From Acidobacteriota bacterium (GTDB taxonomy: Bacteria > Acidobacteriota > Aminicenantia > Aminicenantales > Saccharicenantaceae): 64,000 nt of DNA. The translations under genes and the position numbers were made by a program. The notes under the pieces were generated by a model. That model was not told where the DNA came from and did not search any database. It worked only from the letters and a program-made list of their open reading frames with translations. Where the stretch lies: the NCBI GenBank assembly GCA_039683095.1, contig JBDKSB010000012.1, positions 92,293-156,292 on the forward strand. Reading direction: 5' to 3'. Below, in pieces: positions 8,817-18,792 of the stretch; the stretch's first letter is position 1; each line of letters starts with the position of its first letter.

Positions 8817-10004
8817 TTATTCGGTCAGGGCGCCGGAATATTTCAAGACCCTTCGATTCGGAGGGGCGTAGAAGGTTCCGGGATTGGACGTATAAACGGC
8901 GCCTTCAAAAACCCCTTCGTTGCCGCCGGCGAATTTATGGGGCTCGGCCGCGCCCTTGGGGACCAGGACAAGCTGTCGCTTGAAGTCGCGGCGGTAGGAA
9001 CGCTGGTCGTCGCCGATCTTGAAGTAAAAAGCGTTCCGCAGGATGAACGGCTTCCATTCGGCGCAGACGGCCGTTTCCGGAACGCATCGGACGGGCTTGT
9101 CGGCGGCGAAGGCCGCCTGCAGCTCGAGGCCGCTGAGAGGGACGCCGTCGAGCTCTCCGATCGTTCCGTATTGGGCGTCGGCCAGGACCCATTTATGGAA
9201 TTGCTCCAGCCAGACCTCGACGGCGGAATGGGCCTCGCTCCGTGTTTCCACGTCCCGGGGGAGCAGGTTGAGCACCCGCGCGGGCATCCCGTAGGCCTTG
9301 GCGACTCCGGCCAGGACGACGGCGTAGTCCCGGCAGATGAAACGGCCGCCTGCCTTGGCCTCCCGGAGGATCGTCAGCGGGTCGGTTTTCGAGGCTGTCT
9401 GGTCCGAGCTGTGTTCCCACCGCGTGCTGACCCATGCCGTCAGGCGGCGCAGTCTCTCGTAATCGTCCTTGGAACCGGCGATGACCGCGTCGATCGAGAA
9501 TTCCTTCCGCATCGCCGCGAATTCCGGGGTCTCCGGACCGTCGAACGTCAGATCGAACGGCGGTGGCGTCTGAGTTTCGTCCCAGGCCAGCGGACGGGGG
9601 CCGAATCGGGATTTCAGGTCGGCGAGGAAGGCCTTGAATTCCGGATCCGCGCGCAGGGAATCCAGATCGGAATCCGCGGCATACTTATCGTAATCCGTGT
9701 ATCCGGCTCCGACGGCCTCGCGGGCGGCCGCGATGGCGCGCGATTTCTCACCGGAGAGCGCAAGGACGCAGGCTTTATTGTAAAGGATGCCGGCCTTGAT
9801 CAGAGGGTCCCCGGCGCTCGCCGCGAGACCCATCTGACGTTCCAGGACGTTAAGGGCCCCGCTCCAGTTCCCCGCTTTGACGCATCGGGCCAGCTCTTCG
9901 TTCGTGGACCGGAACTGGTCCTCCAGGGACGCCTGCCCGGCGGCGGCCAGGCAGAGGCAGGCGGACATCAGGCCAACTGCGATCATTTTTTCGACGAGGC
10001 GCAT
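8817..10004 (-). CDS. Secreted transglutaminase-like cysteine protease superfamily protein
   Basis: Signal peptide. GRFICRDYAVVLAGVAKAYGMPARVL matches the transglutaminase-core Cys motif, with downstream His (EAHSAVEVW) and Asp. Confidence 0.65.
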   Translation of the reverse strand: MRLVEKMIAVGLMSACLCLAAAGQASLEDQFRSTNEELARCVKAGNWSGALNVLERQMGLAASAGDPLIKAGILYNKACVLALSGEKSRAIAAAREAVGAGYTDYDKYAADSDLDSLRADPEFKAFLADLKSRFGPRPLAWDETQTPPPFDLTFDGPETPEFAAMRKEFSIDAVIAGSKDDYERLRRLTAWVSTRWEHSSDQTASKTDPLTILREAKAGGRFICRDYAVVLAGVAKAYGMPARVLNLLPRDVETRSEAHSAVEVWLEQFHKWVLADAQYGTIGELDGVPLSGLELQAAFAADKPVRCVPETAVCAEWKPFILRNAFYFKIGDDQRSYRRDFKRQLVLVPKGAAEPHKFAGGNEGVFEGAVYTSNPGTFYAPPNRRVLKYSGALTE

Positions 10005-10159
10005 GGGACCTCCTCTAAGGGTACTCCTTTATGAACGAAGAACAGCCATAAAAGGTTGTCGAAGGAAAGCCGCGAGATATTATCAAATCTATTTATATCA
10101 TTGTAATCAGCAAGTTGCGGCTCCTGGCCCGGCCAAGCCGGGCTAAGCCCCCGAAACTG

Positions 10160-10168
10160 TGGTATAAT
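10160..10168 (+). promoter_or_regulatory. Extended -10 promoter element TGGTATAAT for the RRM protein gene
   Basis: TGnTATAAT consensus read directly. Implies a ~165-nt 5' UTR before ATG at 10337. Confidence 0.45.
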
Positions 10169-10336
10169 GGTGCTGTTCATTAGCAAAGGGAAACCTCAGC
10201 TATCAACACCTGAATGACTAAAGGAAGGGGCCAGAGGCCCTGATCGGTTTCGTACTCCTCTCCTTTACGGCGTTCAAACATCTTTAAGAACCGGGAAGGC
10301 TCGGGAGAGTCTTTCCATCGTCGAAAGGAGACGAGA

Positions 10337-10624
10337 ATGAACATCTATGTGGGTAACCTATCCACCACCGTCAACGAGAACGACCTGAGGGAAGTCTTCC
10401 AGGCGTTCGGCGCGGTCTCGACGGCCGCCGTCATCAAGGACAAGTTCAGCGGGGAATCCCGCGGCTTCGGCTTCGTCGAGATGCCGAACAAGGACGAGGC
10501 CGATAAGGCCATCTCCATGGTCAACGGCAAGGACCTGAAGGGCCGCGCGGCCAAGGTCAACGAGGCCAAGCCCCGGACGAGCTCGACGCGGTCCGGCGGC
10601 GGTTTCGGCGCCCGGCGGTACTAA
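10337..10624 (+). CDS. RRM-type RNA-binding protein (glycine-rich tail)
   Basis: RNP-2 motif IYVGNL, RNP-1 motif RGFGFVEM, C-terminal GGGFGARRY. Confidence 0.9.
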   Translation: MNIYVGNLSTTVNENDLREVFQAFGAVSTAAVIKDKFSGESRGFGFVEMPNKDEADKAISMVNGKDLKGRAAKVNEAKPRTSSTRSGGGFGARRY

Positions 10625-10667
10625 GACCCCCGGAGAGTCCGGGGTCGCAAACATACGACTCCACAAA

Positions 10668-10699
10668 GGGAGCGGCCATCCGGCCGCTCCCTTTTTTTA
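10668..10699 (+). terminator. Rho-independent terminator (GGGAGCGGCC...GGCCGCTCCC followed by T7)
   Basis: 10-bp perfect stem followed by TTTTTTT, immediately after the RRM gene. Confidence 0.8.
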
Positions 10700-10736
10700 T
10701 TCTTCTCCCGATTTAGGGATATTTTCGAGCCGGGAA

Positions 10737-10797
10737 AATGGGGACGTTTCCATTTTTTCCGGATCGGGGTTTTGGGAAAAACAGAAACGTCCCCATT
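10737..10797. other. Long hairpin (14-bp perfect stem AATGGGGACGTTTC / GAAACGTCCCCATT, ~33-nt loop with internal TTTTTCC/GGAAAAA pairing)
   Basis: Read directly. Located in the convergent gap between the RRM gene and icd. On the minus strand it sits just 3' of icd, so it is probably the icd terminator or a structured element. Confidence 0.4.
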
Positions 10798-10835
10798 ATC
10801 CCCCGACGGCAGACGTCCGGCGAAAACGCCGTGTC

Positions 10836-13067
10836 TTAGAGCGCGTCGATGATCGCGTTCAACGCCGCGCACGGCCGCATGGCCGCCGCGAGCTTTTCTT
10901 GGTCCGGGTGGTAGTAGCCGCCCATGTCGACAGGCTTGCCCTGGACCGCGATCAGGCCGGCGTCGATCTCGGCCGCCTTCTCTCCCAGGGCCCTGGCCAC
11001 CGGCGCGAACCGGGCCCTGAGCTCCTGGTCCTTGTCCTGGGCGGCCAGGGCCTCGGCCCAGTAGAGGGCCAGGTAGAAGTGGCTGCCCCGGTTGTCGATC
11101 TGGCCGACCTTGCGGGCCGGCGACTTGCCGTTGTCCAGGAACTTGCCGATGGCCGCGTCGAGGGCCTCGGCCAGGACCTTGGCCTTGTCGTTCTTGAACG
11201 CGCCGGCCAGGTACTCGAGCGAGGCGGCAAAGGCCGAGAACTCCCCGAGCGAGTCCCAGCGCAGGTAATTCTCCTTCTTGAACTGCTGGACGTGCTTCGG
11301 CGCCGAGCCGCCAGCGCCCGTCTCGAAAAGCCCGCCGCTGGCCAGCAGGGGCACGATCGACAGCATGTAGGCGCTGGCGCCGATCTCGAGGATCGGGAAG
11401 AGATCGGTCAGGTAGTCGCGCAGGACGTTCCCGGTGACCGAGATGGTGTCCTGGCCCTTGCGGATGCGCTCGAGGGAGTACTTCATGGCCTCGACAGGCG
11501 GCATGATCTTGATCGTCAGCCCCGTCGTATCGTGGCCCTTGAGATACTCCTCGACCTTGGCGATGACCTGGACGTCGTGGGCCCGGCCGCGGTCCAGCCA
11601 GAAGACCGCCGGGGCGCCGGTCGCCCTGGCCCTTTTGACCGCCAGCCCGACCCAGTCCCGGATCGGGATGTCCTTGGCCCGGGACAGGCGCCAGACGTCG
11701 CCGGCTTCGACCGCGTGCTCCATGAGGACCCGGCCGCCGGCGGCGACCACCCGGACCGTGCCGTCGAAGGGGATCTCGAAGGTCGTCGGGTGGGAGCCGT
11801 ATTCCTCGGCCTGTTGCGCCATCAGCCCGACGTTCGGGACGCTGCCCATGGAGGCCCGGTCGAAAGCGCCGTGCTGCCGGCAGTCCTCGATGATCGTCTT
11901 GTAGATCGTCGAGTAGCAGCGGTCCGGGATCATGGCCTTGGTCTCATGGAGCTTCCCGTCCGGGCCCCACATCCGCCCCGACTCGCGGACGACGACCGGC
12001 ATGGAGGCGTCGACGATGACGTCGCTCGGGACGTGCAGGTTGGTGATCCCGTGGTCGGAATCGACCATGGCCAGCGGGGGCCGCGCGGCATAGACGGCCT
12101 TGATGTCGGCCTCGATCTCGGCCTGCTTGGCCTCGGGCAGGGCCTTGATCTTGGCGTAGAGGTCGCCGAGGCCGTTGTTGGGATTGAAGCCGCACTCCCT
12201 GAGCGCAGCGGCGTGCTTGGTCAGGGCCGGCTCGAAGAAGACCGAAACGGCGTGGCCGAAGAGGATGGGATCGGAAACCTTCATCATGGTCGCCTTGAGG
12301 TGGAGCGACAGCAGCAGGCCCCCGGCCCTGGCGTCCTCGATCTGGGAGGCGTAGAAGGCCCGCAGGGCTTTCTTGCTCATGAAGGTCCCGGACAGGATCT
12401 CGCCGTCGAGCGCGGTCAGTTCGTCCTTGAGGACCTTGACCCCGCCGTCACGGCCCTGGATCTCGATCCGGAAACCGACGCCCTGGCCCACGGTCACGGA
12501 CTTCTCGTTGCCGTAGAAGTCGCCGCCGGTCATGTGGGCGACGTGGGCCTTGGACTCCTGGGTCCAGGGGCCGAGGGGGAGCATCTTCGCGGGGTTCTTC
12601 TGGGCATACTTTTTGACCGAAACGGGGGCCCTCCGGTCGGAGTTCCCCTGGCGCAGGACCGGGTTGACGGCGCTGCCCAGGACCTTGGCGTAGCGGGCCT
12701 GGATCTCCTTCTCAGCCTCGGTCTTGGGGATCTCGGGATAGTCGGGAACCTTGTAGCCCTGCGACTGGAGCTCGGCGACGGCCTCCAGCAACTGGGGCAG
12801 CGAAGCGCTGATGTTCGGCAGCTTGATGATGTTGGCCTCGGGCTTCAGGGCCAGCTCGCCCAGGAAGGCCAGGTTGTCGGGCAGGCGCTGGGCCTCGGTC
12901 AGGCAGTCGGGGAAGTTGGCGATGATGCGGCCGGCGAGCGAGATGTCGCTCTTTTCGACCTCGATCCCCGTCCCCTTGGTGAATCCCCGGATGATCGGAA
13001 AAAGCGAATAGGTGGCCAGGTACGGCGCTTCGTCGGTTTCCGTCCAGTAGATCTTGCGGGCGGTCAT
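10836..13067 (-). CDS. icd: Monomeric NADP-dependent isocitrate dehydrogenase
   Basis: 743 aa. Characteristic monomeric-IDH sequence throughout. Confidence 0.9.
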   Translation of the reverse strand: MTARKIYWTETDEAPYLATYSLFPIIRGFTKGTGIEVEKSDISLAGRIIANFPDCLTEAQRLPDNLAFLGELALKPEANIIKLPNISASLPQLLEAVAELQSQGYKVPDYPEIPKTEAEKEIQARYAKVLGSAVNPVLRQGNSDRRAPVSVKKYAQKNPAKMLPLGPWTQESKAHVAHMTGGDFYGNEKSVTVGQGVGFRIEIQGRDGGVKVLKDELTALDGEILSGTFMSKKALRAFYASQIEDARAGGLLLSLHLKATMMKVSDPILFGHAVSVFFEPALTKHAAALRECGFNPNNGLGDLYAKIKALPEAKQAEIEADIKAVYAARPPLAMVDSDHGITNLHVPSDVIVDASMPVVVRESGRMWGPDGKLHETKAMIPDRCYSTIYKTIIEDCRQHGAFDRASMGSVPNVGLMAQQAEEYGSHPTTFEIPFDGTVRVVAAGGRVLMEHAVEAGDVWRLSRAKDIPIRDWVGLAVKRARATGAPAVFWLDRGRAHDVQVIAKVEEYLKGHDTTGLTIKIMPPVEAMKYSLERIRKGQDTISVTGNVLRDYLTDLFPILEIGASAYMLSIVPLLASGGLFETGAGGSAPKHVQQFKKENYLRWDSLGEFSAFAASLEYLAGAFKNDKAKVLAEALDAAIGKFLDNGKSPARKVGQIDNRGSHFYLALYWAEALAAQDKDQELRARFAPVARALGEKAAEIDAGLIAVQGKPVDMGGYYHPDQEKLAAAMRPCAALNAIIDAL

Positions 13068-13348
13068 GGCTCCTCCTTGGATTCGGGCGAATCTCTGCTT
13101 TCCCAGCCGGGCGATACGGCCTGATGCGCGACGTCCGCAGGGACGGCGTCAAGGCCCGTCGCCTGGAGGGGAGGGTAAGGTAACCGAAATGGACCTGGGG
13201 TGTCAACGTGCGGCCATCCTCTTTTTCAGGACGCCTTCCTGTGGCGCTGAATGCATCCTGCCCTTGGACGGGCATGCGCCTGCCGGAGAGGCCTCGCATC
13301 GGGGGGAGAGCGGGAAGGCGGGGTTTGGCATGCTTCTTGAAATGAGTC

Positions 13349-14692
13349 TTGATGAAAGGGAGGTGCAAGATCCGATCCCCAAAGCGGAAATGGAGCTTGT
13401 CCGCGGGCGCGGCCGCCGGCTTGGCCGCGGCGCTCGTCCTCCTGTCGTTCCAGGCCGCAACTGCCCAGGACATCGTCCGTCACGGCGAGAAGCTAAGCCT
13501 GGACCGGTGCGTCCAGATCGCCCTGGAGCGCCTGCCCGCGATCCTGGCCGCCCGGGCCGCGGCCGAAGTGGATCGCAACGTCGTTCGCGAGGCCGAGTCG
13601 GCCTTTTATCCCCAGGTCGGCTGGTCCGCCTCGATCGGCCGGGCCTCGGTCGGGCCCAGGACCTCGCTCGGCATCCAGACGGACGCGGTGACCTATAATT
13701 CCTATTCGACGGGCCTCACGCTCAGCCAGAACATCTACGATTTCGGGAGGACCTCGGGCCAGGTGCGCATCGACAAGCTGAGCTACAGCGCCGCGCTCGC
13801 GGACGTCGAGACCGCTTCCCAGCAGGCCGTCTTCGACGTCAAGCAGAGCTTCTACGGGGTCCTCCAGGCCGAGCGGAACAGGGACGTCGCGGAGGAGGCG
13901 GTCAGGCAATACGAGCTCCGCCTCGAGCAGGCCCGGGGCCTCTTCGAGGTCGGGCTGCAGCCGAAATACGACGTCACCAAGGCCTCCGTGGATCTCGGGA
14001 ACGCCAGGGTCAGCCTGATCAATGCCCGGAACGCCGTCCGGCTGGCCCTGGCGGCGCTGAACGGCGCCATGGGCCTCACCGGCCATATCGATTACGGCGT
14101 CGAGGGCGATCTCGCCTTCGCGGCCTACGGCCTGACCCTCGAGGAGGCGCTGGCCCAGGCCTACAAGAACAGGCCCGACCTGGCCGCCCTGGCCACCCGG
14201 CGCGAGGCAGCCGAGAAGGCCGTCGCCCGGGTCCGGGCGGGGTTCTTCCCGGCCCTGAGCGGCGCGGCGTCCTACGATTACTCCGGCAACGCCTTTCCGC
14301 TCTCGCGCGGCTGGAGCCTGTCCCTGAACCTGGGGCTCTCGCTCTTCAGCGGCTTCCAGACGAAGGCCCAGGTCGACGAGGCCCGGGCGAACATCGAGGT
14401 CCTCCGGGCCGGCGAGGAGGCCGGGCGCCAAGCCGTCTATCTGGCGGTCCAGAAGGCCTATCTCGATCTCAAGCAGGCCGAGGAGGTGGTCCCCGTGGCC
14501 GAGCTCAACGTGACCGCCGCACAGGAGAACTACGATATCGCCAGCGGAAGCTACAAGGAGGGCGTCGGAGACCCGATCCAGGTCGCCGACGCGAGCGCCG
14601 CGCTGATCAGCGCGAAAACCGCCTATATCCAGGCCCTTGCCGACTGCAAGGTTTACCGCGCCAGCCTCGAGCTGGCCATGGGGCTGAGATGA
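13349..14692 (+). CDS. Outer membrane efflux protein (TolC-like OMF)
   Basis: Signal peptide. Two-repeat OEP architecture. First gene of the efflux operon. Confidence 0.8.
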   Translation: MMKGRCKIRSPKRKWSLSAGAAAGLAAALVLLSFQAATAQDIVRHGEKLSLDRCVQIALERLPAILAARAAAEVDRNVVREAESAFYPQVGWSASIGRASVGPRTSLGIQTDAVTYNSYSTGLTLSQNIYDFGRTSGQVRIDKLSYSAALADVETASQQAVFDVKQSFYGVLQAERNRDVAEEAVRQYELRLEQARGLFEVGLQPKYDVTKASVDLGNARVSLINARNAVRLALAALNGAMGLTGHIDYGVEGDLAFAAYGLTLEEALAQAYKNRPDLAALATRREAAEKAVARVRAGFFPALSGAASYDYSGNAFPLSRGWSLSLNLGLSLFSGFQTKAQVDEARANIEVLRAGEEAGRQAVYLAVQKAYLDLKQAEEVVPVAELNVTAAQENYDIASGSYKEGVGDPIQVADASAALISAKTAYIQALADCKVYRASLELAMGLR

Positions 14693-15843
14693 ACAAACAA
14701 GCTTCAAGGATGACGATCGCCGGGGCCCTGGTTCTGGCGGCCGCCTGGTCCGCCGCCTGCAAGGGCAACGGGGAGAAGCTGGTGACGGAGAACGTCACGC
14801 GCGGCGACATCACCACCGCCGTCACGGCGGCGGGGACGGTCAACGCCGTCACCAGCGTCAATGTCGGGACCCAGGTCTCGGGCCGGGTCACGACGCTCTT
14901 CGCGGACTTCAACTCCCCGGTCACGAAGGGGCAGGTCATCGCCCTGATCGACCCGTCCCTTTTCCAGGCCCAGGTCGACCAGGCCCGGGCGAACCTGGCC
15001 AACGCCAGGGCCAACCTCGAAAAAGCGCAGGCCACGGAAACCGACGCCAGGCGCACCTGGGACCGCTATAAGAACCTCTTCGGGCGCGACCTGGCGGCCA
15101 GGAGCCAGATGGACGCGGCGGAAACGGCCTACCTGACGGCCCATGCCTCGACCCTGGCCGCCCAGACCCAGGTCGACCAGACCTCGGCCGCCCTCCGGCT
15201 GGCCGGGACGAACCTCTACTACACGAAGATCCTCTCCCCGGTCGACGGCGTCGTCATCTCCCGGAGCGTCGATGTCGGCCAGACCGTAGCGGCGAGCTTC
15301 CAGACCCCGACCCTCTTCGTCATCGCCGCGGACCTGACCAAGATGCAGATCGACACGACGGTGGACGAGGCCGACATCAGCACGGTCAAGGTCGGCCAGG
15401 ACGTCGAGTTCGCCGTCGACGCCTATCCCGACGAAACGTTCAAGGGCTGGGTCTTCCAGGTCCGCAACGCCGCCGTCACGGTCCAGAACGTCGTCACCTA
15501 CGACGTCGTCGTGACGGTCGACAACCGGGACCTGAAGCTCAAGCCAGGCATGACCGCCGACGTCTCGATCATCACGTCGCGGGCCAAGAACGTCCTGCGG
15601 GTTCCCAACACCGCGCTGAGGTTCAAGCCCGCGGCCAAGGGCCAGGCGGCGGCCGCCGCCGCCCGGGGTTCGGCGGTCTGGGTCGAGGAGAACGGCCAGC
15701 CCAAGCGCGTGCCGGTCAGGATCGGGTCGAGCGACGGGACGTTCACCGAGCTCGTCGCCGGCGATCTCAAGGAGGGCCAGCCCGTGATCACCGGATCGGC
15801 GGCCAAGACGAGCCAGGCGACTCCGGGTTTCAGGATGTTCTGA
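14689..15843 (+). CDS. macA: Efflux periplasmic adaptor (HlyD/MacA family membrane fusion protein)
   Basis: Lipoyl, beta-barrel and coiled-coil features. 4-bp overlap with the upstream gene. Confidence 0.8.
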   Translation: MNKQASRMTIAGALVLAAAWSAACKGNGEKLVTENVTRGDITTAVTAAGTVNAVTSVNVGTQVSGRVTTLFADFNSPVTKGQVIALIDPSLFQAQVDQARANLANARANLEKAQATETDARRTWDRYKNLFGRDLAARSQMDAAETAYLTAHASTLAAQTQVDQTSAALRLAGTNLYYTKILSPVDGVVISRSVDVGQTVAASFQTPTLFVIAADLTKMQIDTTVDEADISTVKVGQDVEFAVDAYPDETFKGWVFQVRNAAVTVQNVVTYDVVVTVDNRDLKLKPGMTADVSIITSRAKNVLRVPNTALRFKPAAKGQAAAAAARGSAVWVEENGQPKRVPVRIGSSDGTFTELVAGDLKEGQPVITGSAAKTSQATPGFRMF

Positions 15844-15844
15844 G

Positions 15845-17808
<1,964 letters not shown>

Positions 17809-17854
17809 GCGGGCCTTCGGTCCCCGCCTTCCCCGGGGAACGCTGGTCCGGGGG

Positions 17855-18601
17855 TCACTTCTTGTAGCCGACCGGGTGGTTGAGCAGAGGATACTGCGTC
17901 TCGCCCAGCCTGAGGATCTCCTTGATCCTGGCCTTGTCGATCGAGGCCCGCGGCCGCGTGCCGAGGCCCGTCGCCGCGCAGAAAAGGGAGATGTTCTGCG
18001 AGACGAGGCCGGTGTCGATGGCCGCCCACTCGAGCTTCAGGGACGTCTCCCCCATCCGGAAGCGGGAGATGTCCGAGACGAGGATGAGTTGGACCGGCGC
18101 CGGCGTTTGGGGTCCGCCGGGGCCTCCCGGTCCGGGCTTGGCGCCGGGCGGCGGGGCCTGCTGCTTCTCGCCCGGCTTCGGGCCGGGCTTCGGGCCGGGG
18201 CCGCCGGGCCTCATCATCATGATCTCCTCCCGGTGGTCGCCGGCCAGGACCGGTTTCAAGGCCTGGGCGGCGGCGTCATATAGATAGGCCCCGTCCTTCA
18301 TGAAGACATAGATGTCTACGTCCTGAGCGTTCATGGCCGAAGAGGCCGTCCTCTTCCCGTCCGGCCGGTTGACGCCGTTGGCCGCCCAGAGCAGGTCGGA
18401 CAGGTCCTGCAAATTGAGGTCCTTGTCGGACCAATCCCGGACCGAGGCCCTGACGGACAGGGCTTCCATGACCGGCAGCCCGCGCGTCTTGTTGGGCTCG
18501 TTGAGCTTGATCGCCCGCGCCTCCTGGGCCTGTCCCCGGACCAGGACGGGGACAAGGAGCAGGACGGCCGCCAGGGAAGCCGTCAGAGACAGGTTTTTCA
18601 T
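17855..18601 (-). CDS. Secreted nitroreductase-fold protein with internal Pro/Gly-rich low-complexity insert
   Basis: Signal peptide. ...DLSDLLWAANGVNRP... nitroreductase-like core. Insert PGGPGPKPGPKPGEKQQAPPPGAKPGPGGPGGPQTPAP. Confidence 0.55.
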   Translation of the reverse strand: MKNLSLTASLAAVLLLVPVLVRGQAQEARAIKLNEPNKTRGLPVMEALSVRASVRDWSDKDLNLQDLSDLLWAANGVNRPDGKRTASSAMNAQDVDIYVFMKDGAYLYDAAAQALKPVLAGDHREEIMMMRPGGPGPKPGPKPGEKQQAPPPGAKPGPGGPGGPQTPAPVQLILVSDISRFRMGETSLKLEWAAIDTGLVSQNISLFCAATGLGTRPRASIDKARIKEILRLGETQYPLLNHPVGYKK

Positions 18602-18727
18602 GAGGTTCCCTCCATATCCATTATCGCTTCGTTATAACAACGTCCGCCTTCGCGAACCCGTTTCGATTTAAACACCTTCCGCGACGGCGGTCAAGGCGCC
18701 GAGGATCCCGGACCGCGGCCGCCGCGG

Positions 18728-18756
18728 ATTGACATTCCCTCGCGCCGACCATATGA
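18728..18756 (+). promoter_or_regulatory. Near-consensus sigma70 promoter TTGACA-17-TATGAT
   Basis: Read directly. About 37 bp upstream of the PHP-domain gene start at 18793. Confidence 0.5.
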
Positions 18757-18792
18757 TTTCCGCTTTATTCCCTAAGAAAGGTGCCCTCGATT

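Noticed and set aside
8568-10034. 488-aa plus-strand ORF overlapping the transglutaminase-like gene
   Set aside because: Low-complexity R/G-rich translation. It is antisense to a well-supported minus-strand gene.
10899-13124. 741-aa plus-strand ORF antisense to icd
   Set aside because: D/G/L/R-rich artefact of the complementary strand of a strongly supported IDH gene.
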